This document shows positions 25,608 through 38,501 of a stretch of 64,000 nt of DNA, piece after piece. The translations under genes were made by a program, and so were the position numbers. The DNA comes from Anolis carolinensis (taxonomy: Eukaryota): contig NC_085841.1 in NCBI RefSeq assembly GCF_035594765.1, positions 327,431,402-327,495,401 of the forward strand. Reading direction: 5' to 3'. The notes beneath the pieces are model-generated. The model saw only the letters and a program-made list of their open reading frames with translations, had not been told where the DNA came from and ran no database searches. Numbering within the stretch: the first letter of the stretch is position 1; the number at the start of each line of letters is the position of its first letter.

Positions 25608-27539
25608 TAAGTAAAATAGAATAAAACAGGCTAAGCAGGCTAAAAACAGTAAAAACATTAAGGAGTTAGTTCTGCCCAGGTCAGGTGTGGGCAATTCATG
25701 GCCCTCCAGATGTGGCTGAGCATGCATTCTCAACAGAGGGTACACTCACTAGGACTGATGGGATCTGTAGAACATCAGACCTGGAGGAGTTCCCTATGAA
25801 TTCTCCTATCGTAGGTGATCGCATTGAATGCCAAAACTTAGTTGGCTGTTCATTAAGATATATTGCTAAAAATATAATCCAGAGAGAGTGAAATGTTCAC
25901 AATCAACCCTGTGATGCCTATTAGGCTGGCTTAAGAGTGATCAGGTACCAGGTGATTACATTGAGTCTTTTAATTCTGTCAGAACAAGATAAGGAAATAG
26001 TTCCTTTGTCAGGTGAGGACCAAAATTTAGGGTTTAAAACTCCCTCAGAGTTGGGTCCTGATCTTATCCTGGAAATAAGTCAAGAGTAAGCCAATTTTCT
26101 GTTTCTAGGTCCCTACAGGGATTGCTTGGTGTTCTAAAAGACCCCACCACAAAAAACATCAAAACAAGCATTAGTTACTGTGTAGATTGAAATGCAGATG
26201 TGGGTGGCCTGAAGGTGCCACGAACCTTCAAAATAATCACATGGGGCCCCAAGACTGCACTCTACCCATCCTCATATAATCTTATGAAAACAGTGGTTTG
26301 AGTTAAAGTGCAGAGCCAAAAAATCAATGTCTCCCAAGTGATTTTTTTAAAGCTCTGTAGTGCAGAGCGATGTAAATAGGAGGAAGCCTGTCTTGCCTCT
26401 CTGCTGCCTCTAAGTATTCATATCAATTTCAGTAAGGGGGAAAGCAGTCTTGCCCCTCACTACCACAAAACCAGAAAACAAATAGGCTCAATGCAGCATT
26501 TTCCGGTCAGTTTGACAATTTTAAATTCACATGATACATGTTATGTGCTATTCCAAACCTCTGGACTCACCACTGACATATAGTATCTTTCCATTAATTT
26601 CTTGAAAAGGATGAATACTAATGTACGAGTACCTACTGTACTGTATTATGTACTAATACTATTACAATATATTCTAATTTAAGCTAAGAATATAGCCTGG
26701 TCTCAACATTAATAATGACTTTTATGACAACTGTAGCATAATGGCTAAAATTACTATATAATAACTACTATATTATATTGGTTATAACCACCAGTTACGT
26801 AGTTTTTGCCAACCACAATATTTATTTCATTTTTAATAGAACTGACTACTATAGGCAAAAGGACATTTCAATTTTAATTTTTTAATTTTATTATGTAAAT
26901 CTCAGGACAAGTTTCCAGCATGACAATGACTATTAACTGTTTTGTTAATAGTAGCTGCCCTGTAAATTGAACTATATTAAAGTCAGCTAAGTTTTGAATT
27001 AACTTTGAAATGTGCCAATGAAAAAGGGGCAACGTAACTACATGTTAAAGCTATACTAATTGAATTAATTTCTCCAGATTGAAGATATTAATTAATTAAT
27101 TAAATCATGTTTTTAAACATAAGTTATTTGGCTTATATCCAAACTTTAATTTACTTAGTTCTTTGAAAATTATTTTTCTTTTTTCCCTTTTCCCTTCCTT
27201 CTTTCCTTTCCCACCTTTAGGATTCGGCAACTAAATTGTTTAGGTCATAATCAGAAGGTAAGAATTCTCTTTCCAACCATATAGTCATCTTGCATTCTCA
27301 CCAAAAATGTCCTTGGTCCCAGGAAACTGAATTTTCTGGGAATTTTACTAGAATCTACATGGGAATCAATCAGGAATAAAGAAGAAAGAAACAGAAAGCA
27401 AGAGAAGGCTTATCGATGAGGAGGATGAAAAATGGGGTTTTAACATATGCATGTAGCTGTTTCCTTCTTTCCAAAGCTTGAACTAGGAATTTTGGAGAAA
27501 ATTAAAATAATTGGAAAAAAAATTCCCCATTACTAAGGA

Positions 27540-27840
27540 TTTCAGCCCAATATATTCCGTAAAATCCGAAACTGTCCACATATGTGGCTGAGATCATGAC
27601 ACCTTTGCTTTCCGATGGTTTAATGTACAAAAATCTTCTTTCAGACACAAAAATATTTAAAATATTAAGTAGAAAATTATCTTCACACTTTGTGTATGGG
27701 TATATGAAACATAAATGAGTTTCATATTTAGACTTGAGTCTCACCGCCAAGATATTATGTAGATAAATGCAAATACAGATATTCCAGAATCCAAAAAAAT
27801 CTCTGGACACAAGCATTTCAGATAATGGATACTGAACCTG
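27540..27840. mobile_element. Tigger-like DNA transposon remnant
   Basis: Ends in AAGCATTTCAGATAATGGATACTGAACCTG, a Tigger/MER46-like TIR; a related piece lies at about 40177-40380. Confidence 0.6.
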
Positions 27841-28891
27841 CAACATAAAATACATTTAAAGCTATTTTCAAATTAACTGAGCTGTAAAAAAAAAAAGCTC
27901 ATCATATGTGAAACTTTTTATTTCATTAACCATTAATGTGTTTAACCATTTCCCACTAATTTCCTTGTCTGCTGCTCTGTTATTTAAACATAAGTTACAG
28001 AACCTCTTTGGACATTAAGAGTCTTACTGACTTCAAAATGATTGCAGGAATATTATCTTTGTTCGGAGAAGTGAAAGACACAAAATTTACCAGAGAACTG
28101 AAATATAAAATGTTTATTGTCCATGCTAGGAAAGCCTTACTGAAACTTTTTACTAGTGAATGGGTTGAAGGGAGAAGGAGAAAAGTGTATATGACATGGC
28201 AAATTTGCATTCAAATTCAAGTGACTTCAAAAATCTGTTTCTCATTTAACCTTTCAGCCAGAAACATTATTTTCATATGTAAACAACTGTTGCATAACCA
28301 GAACTTTTCTAGAATATAGATTGTTGCAATGAAAAAGGTCTACAAAATGTTACAAATGCTATTTAACAAAGTGGCATGTTGCAAATATAAATCATTGATT
28401 AGTTTCTGCACTCCAACAGTCTCACTTATAAGGAAAGATTTTAAGGAAAATTTAATCTGGTGTCCAAATATAACATTACATTAAACATGAGGTCATCTAA
28501 ACATCTGTCTCCAATATATCCATAGGGATTTAAATCAAAAGTCTGCTAAACATGTACAATCATTTAGAAAATAAATAACAGAACAAATTTAGTCTTGATT
28601 ATGATTATCATGCATTTTAAGAGGAAACATTTATTCTAATAAGAAAAGTCTGAATTTAAAGTTTATTGACATTAAACTAAAATAGTTTCATACCAAGAAT
28701 ATGACATTGATTTAGATTTACCCTTACTTTGAATAATATCCACTGTTTGATACTTGAGGAGCAATCTGTTCCTGGACCATTTTAATATGTGGGAAGTGGG
28801 CTGTATTAATGTTATATAATGGAAGAACAAAATGCCAGCCCCATATTTCATGGTGGGGGGCAGATTTAAGAAAAGGTAAAGATGCCTCTGT

Positions 28892-29110
28892 GAGTGCATC
28901 TGCACCGAAGAATGAATGCAGTTTGACACCACCTTAACTGCCATGGCTCAATGCTAAGGAATAAGAGTTGTAGTAGTGTAAGGTCTTTAGCCTTCTATGC
29001 CAAATAGTGCTGGTGTCTCACCAAACTACAACTCCCATGATTCCATAGCATTGAGACATGGCAACTCAAGTGGTGTCAAACTGCATTAATAATGCAGAGT
29101 AAATGCACTT
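28892..29110. mobile_element. Harbinger-like palindromic MITE (TGCATCTACACTG family)
   Basis: Fold-back ATGCAGTTTGACACCAC..TGCCATGGCTCAATGCT / AGCATTGAGACATGGCA..GTGGTGTCAAACTGCAT; further copies at about 2330, 29500, 40731, 43031 and 44213. Confidence 0.75.
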
Positions 29111-29749
29111 ACGTGGAAAGTACCAATAGGCCCCCAAACAAAGGGATTCAGGGACAATGTGGGGATGTGTTTTATCCACCACATTTCTATCTGCTAATGA
29201 GCATGAATCTGGCATAGGTATTTCTCTCCACTGATTTCAAAAGGCAGGATACTTTCTAAATCCAAGAAGCTCTGGAAGGAAGATTAGCAGGCCCATGCTC
29301 TGGCTTCCTCTCACATCATCACATTGATCACTTTTGAACTAACATCTTTCAATTAACAAAGCCAGCTTCACTGTGCTGGCTTTGTGGCAAATGTCCCCTT
29401 CTACTTTTCTTTCCATCAGTAAAAGTTTAACATTTCAAAAACTGTAATAATTGCTTTCCTTTACCCAGTTCTGTAGCACCTGGTACCCACTCACACTAGA
29501 TAGCACTCTCATTCCACTTTAACTGCCATGCTTCTATCCTACGGAATCATCGGATTGGCAGTCTAGGGAGGAGCATTTAGAATACTCAGCTAATGCCTTT
29601 CCAAACTACAAATCTCAAAATTCTCATAGAATGAAACCATGGCAATTAAAGTGGAACAACAGTAGTTTAATTTTCTAATGTGGATGACCTTGAGTGCAAT
29701 CATGCTTATTTTTCCTGCCAAAATTTCCTGCCAAAATAAGATTCTTGAT

Positions 29750-30250
29750 AAAATAGTAAAGAGTAAAGACATCACACTGTTAATGAAGGTCTGCATAGTT
29801 AAAGCAATGGTATTCCCATAGTAACTTATGAATGAGAGAGCTGGACCATAAGGAAGGCTGAGTGAAGGAAGATAGATGCTTTTGAACTGTGGTGTTGGAG
29901 GCAAATTCTGAGAGTGCCTTGGACCACAAGAAGATCCAACCACTCCATATTCCAGGAAATAATGCCCGACTGCTCACTGGAGGGAAGGATATTAGAGGCA
30001 GAAATGAAGTACTTTAGCTACATAATGAGAAGACAGGAAAGCTTGGAGAAGAGAATGATGCTGGGGACAATGGAAAGAAAAAGGAAGAGGGGCTGACCAA
30101 GGGCAAGATGGGTGGATGGATGGTATCCTTGAAGTGACTGGCTTGACCTTGAAAGAGCTGGGGGTGGCGACAACTGACAGGGAGCTCTGGCATGAGCTGG
30201 TCCATGAGGTCATGAAGAGTCGGAAGCGACTTAACAAATAAACAACAACC
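29750..30250 (+). mobile_element. RTE-BovB LINE 3' end
   Basis: BovB-type ORF end (DAFELWCWR, PWTTRRSN, KYFSYIMRRQESLEK) and 3' UTR GTCCATGAGGTCATGAAGAGTCGGAAGCGACTT with (CAA)n tail. Confidence 0.88.
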
Positions 30251-30719
30251 AAGATTTAAAACGGCACACTTCCAGAAACACCAGTAGCCCTATCTCACCT
30301 TTCTTCTCTCTTCCATCAGGGCTTCTTAAAGTTTTCCACTTGGAACCTCTGGTACATAGGTATACAAGTATAAAAATCAAACATCTGCTGGTAATAAATC
30401 AGCATTTGCAAAGCTTGATAAACAGGCTGGTTTTCCTTTTTATGGAGTTTGGCTGAAGCATCTTCTTCAGAATCTACTGTAAACACTGCACAGCAGATTT
30501 GTTTTAATCTCTAGGTGGAATTCTGAAACCTTTTACAGTTGTCAAATTCATGATCCCAGTATTGAGCTAAGGGGGACCCCACTTGGTGTCAGGACCCATA
30601 GTTTAAGAAGCAGTGATTTAGAACAGAGCAAATGTGGTTCACCAGATGTTTATCTCATAATAGACTGTGTTTCCAATAATCCTTCACCATTGTCTGTGCT
30701 AGCTAGGTGTGTTGAGTGT

Positions 30720-30905
30720 AGGGGTGTGTGCGTGCTTGTCAACTTATGTCAGCCTCATTAATTTCATAGGGTTTGCTTAGGCAAGGAGGTGGGTTTACCA
30801 GTTCCTTCCTCTGAAATATAGTCTGTTATTTGTTGGTAATATTCTATCCAAGTACTAACCCTGCTTAACCTCCAAGATCAGATAGGATCTGGTGCCTATA
30901 GGGTA
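30720..30905 (-). mobile_element. 5S rRNA-derived SINE fragment
   Basis: Minus strand ATCTGATCTTGGAGGTTAAGCAGGGTTAGTACTTGGAT resembles the 5S internal control region. Confidence 0.6.
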
Positions 30906-31017
30906 TTCAGACATTTTAGATATGCATTATTCTCATTACTTTCATTATCAGACAATTATATGGATTAGAGAGCAATACAGCCTTTTCAAGGATGGCAGTG
31001 ATTTTACTGTACTAAAT

Positions 31018-31097
31018 TACCACTCTGAACATACCCAGTTTCATCTGATTTTGAGAGCTAAGCAGGATCGAGTCTGGTTAGTGCTTGACTGGGGATC
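31018..31097 (+). mobile_element. 5S rRNA-derived SINE head or 5S pseudogene
   Basis: TACCACTCTGAAC..ATCTGATTTTGAGAGCTAAGCAGGATCGAGTCTGGTTAGTGCTTG aligns by eye to 5S rRNA with many CpG-type changes. Confidence 0.7.
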
Positions 31098-33085
31098 AGC
31101 AGAAAGTACAAGGAATATACACACGAGGCAAGGAAGGAAAATGCAACAGCACCTGGGATGAAGAAGATTGCCATCTCTGCTCACCTGATTTAGGAAAGAA
31201 ATTAAAATACAGTTCCATCCAAAACAGGGATACCCTCTGTGGGACCTTCCTCCTGACCCAACAGTTAAGGATGTTGTCAATGCAGTGGTGCAGACAGAAG
31301 CAGGCCCTGTAAAATGCTTTGGACACTCAAAGACCCCATCAGGGTTTGATGGCTCATTTCTCAAGGCAAAACAATGTTTATTGCGTATTTCTACTCACTG
31401 GATACATCTGTTATGAACTTTTTAGAGGATGAAAGAAAAGTTTCTCCATCCAAGCTTTGGCATCATCAAATCTGTAACGATTTTGCTCATAATTTATTGT
31501 GGCTGAGTGACAACAGTAATGTCTTCATTTCATTTCATGCTGTTTCATTGAAATTGTTTGTTTTTAATTATTGTTGTGCTCTGCTTTGTAGTAATATATT
31601 TGCAGAATAGTAGGATATAAATGTTCCAAATAAAGTTAATAAACAAGCATAGCCTTCTCTCTATGAAGATGTCAAGTTTCCTCTGATGTCTCATTTTCAC
31701 TATGACACTTTAAAAAAATAATCTAAGTTAAATAAACCTGATATTCACCTGTAAAAGCACACTTTTTAAAAATGTTTGTTCCTTTCCTAAATTTTTTATT
31801 TAATGCATCCTTACACTGCCATCCAGTGGCCAACCTAGAGTATATGTATGAAGCAAAAAAAGTTTTGTGTTGGTATATTGTGGAGTGCAATAAGCCAGTT
31901 CCTTTAATCAACCATGCATGGTCTTGTGCATGTCTCTTGAGAAGTAAGTCTAATAAAGACATCAAACTGCTATGATGACATACCATATATTCTGAATGCT
32001 AAGAAAATGTGGCCAGTTGCATTAATTCTTGAGAATCCCATCTTCTTCAATTGTATTAATTCTTGAGAATCCCACCCACTATTCTCAGGCTACAGCAAGC
32101 AGAACTAATCCTGCTGAAATCAAGGACATCATGGAAGGAAGACTTTCTAGAGAGGACAGTATCTTGTAAACATCGAAGTGCGAACATGATTGCGAACCCT
32201 ATATTTCCCAGCATTACCATTTGCATGGGAGGCCTCTGTGTAAGGAAGAAGGTCTCCTGGTCAAAAGGTCATTTTCCATATAAGGACCACAAAAAAGGAA
32301 GGAGGTAAGCATAGCCCTCTACCCAATATTAGGGCTGCCAAGTCTCAGGGCCTGGCACTGAAGCCCTCAGTTCTTGTGTTTCATCTCCAGGTAGGAAACA
32401 AGGATGCACATTCTTTGGTTTCGGTGAATTCAGCTCCAAGCAAGAGGAAAAGCTGATTTAGTAAAAATGAGCTTGTTGTAATTCACTTGTTGGTTCAACT
32501 TACAAACCTATTTGACAGGAATCTATTTATTGTCATTCCTCCATATTCACTGGGGTTATGGGTGCAGAACCCTGCAAAAGTGGAAAAACTGCAATTAACA
32601 CTATTTTTTACCTAAGACTACGGACTGAAGACAGTCGGCATTGAACAAAGGAAATTCATCACTGTTATCTCTGATCAGTGTTTGGACTTAACCATGATGA
32701 TTCCTTTCCCCACTAGTATGGGAGGTGATATGAGAGAGGTAGAAAACTGAACATTTCAGCCACAGGCTGGAGGTTTTTTTTAGCCCAACCTACACTGTGA
32801 AGAAAAAATAAAGCAAGTTGCACCAATTGTAACAGGTTTAACCCAAATTCTAATTGCAGAGCTTTCCTATGGCCTAGTTCTGCTACCATTCATGTGTTGG
32901 AGAGGAGAAGTTCAAAATAGGAAGTCTATATGAATATGGCAGGCTCTTCCTATTTTCTTCCTCCAAGAATAGAAGGCTTTGGGGCAAGGTGACAGTAACA
33001 CGGACAGAGGGTTAAGAGGGACATAAGTAGAAAATATATCCCCCCCCACACACACACACACTCCCGATTATGTACTGCATGGGAT

Positions 33086-33879
33086 CAGGGCCGGCCCCAC
33101 TATTGAGGCACCTGACGCCGCCGCCTCGGGCGCAGGCCCAGGGGGGCGCCGTCAGGCTGGGCGGGAGGCGGGGCACCGCCCTGACGGTGCCCCGCCTCCC
33201 GCCCAGTGCGCCCTGGCCCGTCTGGCCTGCTAGAAAAGGCCAGACGGGCGAGCGGGAGCAATCGCGGCCTGGAGGAACCTCCGCTGAACTCTGGCCTGCT
33301 AGAAATGGCCAGACGGGCGAGCGGGGGTAGTGTGGGAGGCGGGGCCAGCTCTGGCCCCGCCCCCCCGCCCAGCGTGCCCTGGCCCCGCCTCCCACGTTGC
33401 GTGGGAGGCAGGGCCAAGGCACGCTGGGCGGGGGGGGGAGCGGCGTCAGAGCTGGCCCCGCCTCCCACGCTACCCCTGCTCGCCCGTCTGGCCTTTTCTA
33501 GCAGGCCAGAGTTCAGCGGAGGTCCCTCCAGGCCGCAATCGCGGCCTGGAGGAACCTCCGCTGAACTCTGGCCTGCTAGAAATGGCCAGACGGGCGAGCG
33601 GGGGTAGCGTGGGAGGCGGGGCCAGCTCTGGCCCCGCCCCCCCGCCCAGCGTGCCCTGGCCCCGCCTCCCACGCTGCGTGGGAGGCGGGGCCAGGGCACG
33701 CTGGGCGGGGGGGGCGGGGCCAGAGCTGGCCCCGCCCCCCTCACTATTCGCCCTGGCCCCGCCTCCCACGCAGCGTGGGAGGCGGGGCCAGGGCACGCTG
33801 GGCGGGGCCAGGGCGCCGGTGGCGGGGGCGCTTTTCAGCACCCCCGCTTCACATCAAAAAATATCTCCGGCCGGCCCTG
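33086..33879. mobile_element. Non-autonomous hAT transposon, GC-rich, internally palindromic (794 bp)
   Basis: TIR CAGGGCCGGCC...GGCCGGCCCTG and perfect 8-bp TSD CATGGGAT at 33078-33085 and 33880-33887. Confidence 0.93.
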
Positions 33880-34380
33880 CATGGGATATAAATGCCTTAA
33901 AATTGCACTGGTCTACCAGAGGGATGGAATTCAAAGAGAAGAAAGGTCAATCCCAGTGAAAGAAATGTTTTAGCATTATGATATGGGAGGAGACATCAGC
34001 AGCCTGTGTAATGATTAAGGTGTTCTCAAGCAAAATAGAGGAAAAATGTTTCTAGCTTCCAGTACTCCTTTCAGTTTTTTCACCCTTAGTGGTATCTCAA
34101 CAATCTTCTCAATAACTAGAGGTCTTTCACACAAATTGAATAGTGTGCTAGAAGTTTTACCTTTTATTGCATTATTTTAAAACAAACCAATGAAATTTCC
34201 AGTTTTTAAAACATACACAAACTAGTTTCAAAACACAACACTGCTTTTAAAGACTACCTGTTGCAACTTCAAAGTGGATTGGGCCATCATGATGTTCCTT
34301 GAAAGGGAGTTTCATACCTGAAGTATCACTAGAGATGAAGTCATGTTTTGTGTACACATCACTCTGGCCTCTTCAAGTGA

Positions 34381-34529
34381 GGCCCCTTCCATACAGCTAT
34401 ATGACCCAGAATATCAAGGCAGAAAATCCCACAGTATCTGCTTCAAACTGAGTTATCTGAGTCCACACTGCCATATACCCAGTTCAAAGCAGATAATGTG
34501 GGGTTTTAAATAGCTGTGTGGAAGGTGCC
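34381..34529. mobile_element. PIF/Harbinger MITE (about 149 bp)
   Basis: TIR GGCCCCTTCCA(T/C)ACAGC...GCTGTGTGGAAGGTGCC, TGA TSD; sister copies at 46397-46545 and 47943-48089, partial copy at about 10065. Confidence 0.85.
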
Positions 34530-35414
34530 TGAGATAGATCCTTATTCTGAACCTGATTTAGCAAGACTACATGTATGTAAAAAACCTTTTGGGAACTGTA
34601 TAGTGCTATTCTTACAACTTGCATACACACCTACTTCCAGACAGCAGGGATGGACAAAGGGCACCCCTTCAGAGATTTCCGGACTGCAACTTCCATCAGT
34701 GCTAACCAGAATAACCAATACTGTAGTTAGAAATGTTAGTAGAAATGTCCACAGCACAAAGAATCTCAAAATTTCCTTAGCTGCTTTGATGAACTTTTGG
34801 AACCAAATAGGAATGTGCATTTGCCTCTAAGACCGTGGAATGGATTGTCTATGGTTACTGCAGGAGTTAGATATCTTTGTATGTTGTTGTTGTTGCGTGC
34901 CTTCAAGTCATTTTCAATTTATAGTAATCTCAAAGCAAAGCAAACACAGTGTTTTCTGAGATTGAGAGTTTGTGACTTGCCCAGGGCAACCCAGAGGGTT
35001 TTAGATAAAGATTTGACTCCTGATCTCCAGAATCATAGTCCAAGGTCCAAACCATTGCACCACAAAATGTTCAAAACCAGTTCAATAGAATTACATCCCA
35101 CAAGTATCATCTATATGAATAGTCACTAAAACCATTTGATGGGGAGTATATTCATCCCATCACTTAATATTTATTCAAAAATATTTGTAAGAACCAGCAA
35201 TGGTTTCTATATGAATTTACACAGCATAGATCACATAATGCAAAGGAAAGGATGTGTGTGAGTAAGGGAGAACAATTGCCTATTGTTAACACACTTAAAT
35301 TCTCTGGAAATTTCTACTATGCCCATGCATCATTTTTAACCCTATCTTCACCACTGTGATGATTTGCTGAGCAGCATAGGTATGCCATGTTTTAAGGCTA
35401 ACTATCTAAGCTAC

Positions 35415-35738
35415 CAGTGGCGCAGCGGGTTAAACTGCTAAGCTGCTGAACTTGCTGATTGAAAGGTTGGTGGTTCAAATCCAGGGAGCTGGATGAGCTC
35501 CCATTGTTAGCCCAAGCTTCTGCCAACCTAGCAGTTCGAAAACATGCAAATGTGAGTAGATCAATAGGTACCGCTCCAGCAGGAAGGTAGCAGCGCTCCA
35601 TGCAGTCATGCCGGCCATATAACCTTGGAGGTGTCTACGGACAACACCGGCTCTTTGGCTTAGAAATGGAGATGAGCACCAATCCCCAGAGTCGGACACA
35701 ACTAGATTTAATGTCAGGGGAAAACCTTTACTTTTACT
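35415..35738 (+). mobile_element. Sauria SINE with 12-bp TSD
   Basis: TATCTAAGCTAC duplicated at 35403-35414 and 35739-35750. Confidence 0.93.
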
Positions 35739-36176
35739 TATCTAAGCTACTCTCAACATTTGAAAACACAAACATCTATTATAGCATTTTTAGAGAAAAT
35801 AAAAATAGGCATTATAGCATCACAGTTAGAGCACAATAAAATGTGTCATATTTATTCACTATGAAACCAAGGCAGTGATTAAAGACTTGCAATGCAATAC
35901 ACAGACAACACAATTGTGTAGTTTTCAAAGAAGCAGCATTGTGTTAATATAATTCACAACATTCAAATACAGTAAGATATATGTTATTGTATGCCAGCTA
36001 TGCCCCTCTACACTGGTCAAACAGCGCAGTGGGCACAGATCTGACACTAGAAATGCAATTCCAGAATATTTCAGCTTTCTTGAACACATAAAAAGTGATT
36101 TGCAGGCTGCAGTCCCTGAATAAGGAAATTACAAAGAAAGACTAGAAAGACAAACCACTGAATTGAAATATGTAAG

Positions 36177-36620
36177 CATGCTGGAAAGCGTCCAGAGGAG
36201 GGCAACTAAAATGATCAAGGGTCTGAAGAACAAGCCCTATGAGGAGCGGCTTAAAGAACTGGGTATGTTTAGCCTGCAGAAGAGAAGGCTGAGAGGAGAC
36301 TTGATAGCCATATACAAATACGTGAAGGGAAGTCATAGGGAGGAGGGAGCAAGCTTGTTTTCTGCTGCCCTGCAGACTAGGACACGGAAAGGAGATTCTA
36401 CCTGAACATCAGGAAGAGCTTCCTCACTGTGAGAGCTGTTTGGCAGTGGAACAGCTCTTACTGCCGCCTTAGAGTCTAGTAGTGTCTCCTTTACTGGAGA
36501 TTTTTAAGCTGAGGCTGGACGGCCATCCGTTGGGAGTGCTTTGATTGTGTGTTCAGTATCGCAGGGGTTTGGACTGGATGGCCCTTGTGGTCTCTTCCAA
36601 CTCTAGTATTATATGATTTT
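36177..36620 (+). mobile_element. CR1 3' fragment
   Basis: [38 protein letters not shown] plus CR1 3' UTR. Confidence 0.9.
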
Positions 36621-37216
36621 ATATCCACAAAAGCTCATGTGGAAATAAAGAATGATTGCTACAGGGTTTTTTCCCCTTTCCTTTCCAAACTCAAACCTGA
36701 ACATGTCCAGGTAAAGCCATTCAGATATCTGCATGTGGGCATGCACTTTCATGATCTGTTCACTTCCAGTGGCCTCCCGAAACATTTATTTTATTTGAGT
36801 TAATGTGGCCAACAAAAGTGCACTCCCTCCTTTGCAGGCTGCCACACATACCTGCAAATAGAGTGGGCCCTTGGTATCTCCTGGGGTTTGGTTCCAAGCC
36901 CCCCTGGATACCAAAATGCATGGATGTCCGAGTCCCATTATATACAATGCCATATTAAATGCTCAATATTAGAGCATATTTATTAGCTCTATATACTTGA
37001 AGCAGTGGGATGGGCTGCAGACCATGTGTTTGGTTCAGTGACCATTTGGAATGCAGTTTTAAAAAAATGAATGACTGTTGAGTACAGATGCCGGTGTTAG
37101 AAGTAAGTTGTGGTTTGAGTTTCTTTAGAAGTATATTGTTATCAAAGAGAGCTATGCAGAACAACATAGTTTTAAGGAGACTGATAAAGACTGATAAAGC
37201 TAAAGATACAAACTGA

Positions 37217-37400
37217 CAGTGGAACTCTCTCCCCAGGGCTGTGGTGGAGGCTCCTTCTTTGGAGGCTTTTAAGCAGAGGTTAGATGGCCATATGTCGGGG
37301 GTGCTTTGAATGTGATTTCCTGCTTCTTAGCAGGGGGTTGGACTGGATGGCCCATGAGGTCTCTTCCAACTCTACTATTCTATGATTCTATGATTCTATG
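37217..37400 (+). mobile_element. CR1 extreme 3' end
   Basis: CR1 3' UTR and (ATTCTATG)n tail. Confidence 0.9.
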
Positions 37401-37949
37401 AATCATTCTAAAGCTTAACCTAACAAGAAATGCACCTGTATATTTAAATACATGAAGTTGTGAGTAAAACAAACTTGTTATTTAAGGAAATCTACTCAAA
37501 TCTTTGTCGGCTGACAGCAACGAATAGAAACAAGATATTTACACACCCAATGATCTTCCATTACCCAATAAAGGAACACTCCTGAGCTCTGTTACCCAAT
37601 AGATTATGATCCTAAGAGGTCATAACCCAACAGCCGAACAGCCAATGTTAGGGAATCTTGGAATGTGTGATTTCATGTAGAACCAGCGCTCCTTGGCAAA
37701 GACCTTGCAGAAAGGGGGAAAAAATCCTATCACTTCATAGAGTTGAGCCATAAGCCGTTTAAAATGTCAAACTGGATTGAATGCACAGTGAACAGGAGAC
37801 GCGTGCTTGCCTTGCCCACGAAAGGAGGAGCCTGCTGCAGCTCTAGGAAGCAAGGAACCAGGAAGCGACGCTTGGAAGAGAAGTGGGCAGGCTTCCCTGG
37901 AGAGGAGACGGAGGAAGGAGGCTGGACTCGGCGTTAGAGAAGGAGGGAG

Positions 37950-38280
37950 TGACACAGACAAGAGAACCACTTTAGCCTGGCTTCCAATCAGGAGCAGGAG
38001 GAGGAAGAGGATGGGCGCCAGGGTCTGACTCACCCGCCGAGCCGCCGGCCAGGATCTGGTGGGACGCCTCGTGCCAAAAGCCGCGCGGGGTTCCTGCCAT
38101 GATGATCCACTCGCGCGGGGAAGAGAGACGCCGGGAGAGAAGCAAGGGGAGGAGGAGCAGGAGGAGGAAGAGCCCCTTTAAAGGCGGGGGGGGGGGGGGC
38201 GACTCCTTCCAGTGGGCGAGGGAGGGAGGGCAGGCGGGGCGGGAAGAGGCGGGCAAAACCCAGTAGGAGTGCATCGGCAC
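37950..38280 (-). promoter_or_regulatory. CpG-island promoter and 5' UTR of SLC25A21
   Basis: High GC and CpG density, GC boxes (GGGGCGGG at about 38236), TTTAAA TATA-like element at about 38177-38182 upstream of the ATG. Confidence 0.75.
38034..38100 (-). CDS. SLC25A21: SLC25A21 (mitochondrial 2-oxodicarboxylate carrier) coding exon 1
   Basis: ATG at 38100 (atcATGG) encodes MAGTPRGFWHEASHQILAGGSA-G, matching the N-terminus of human ODC (..EASRQIVAGGSAG), followed by a canonical phase-1 donor G|GTGAGT. I found no exon 2 (LVEICLMHPLDVVKTR) in the window, so intron 1 exceeds 38 kb. Confidence 0.9.
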
Positions 38281-38501
38281 CAGGCAGGGGCAAACTTAGG
38301 CCCTCCAGGGGTTTTGGACTTCAACTCCCACAATTCCTTACAAAGGCAACAATTCAGTGCCGCATGTATACATACATCAATGAATAAATAAAAAACATTA
38401 AAAACCAACCAATTAAAACGTAACATTAAAGCAAGAATTAAAATCACATAATCCAGATCATATTCCAAGGCCAGTCTGGGTCATCATTACATTAGTTTAT
38501 A

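Noticed and set aside
31018-31097. Functional 5S rRNA gene
   Set aside because: Partial and highly diverged, no terminator or tandem array
33012-33959. Six overlapping long Gly/Pro/Arg-rich ORFs
   Set aside because: They lie within the GC-rich palindromic hAT element bounded by TIRs and a TSD; the lack of stops is compositional
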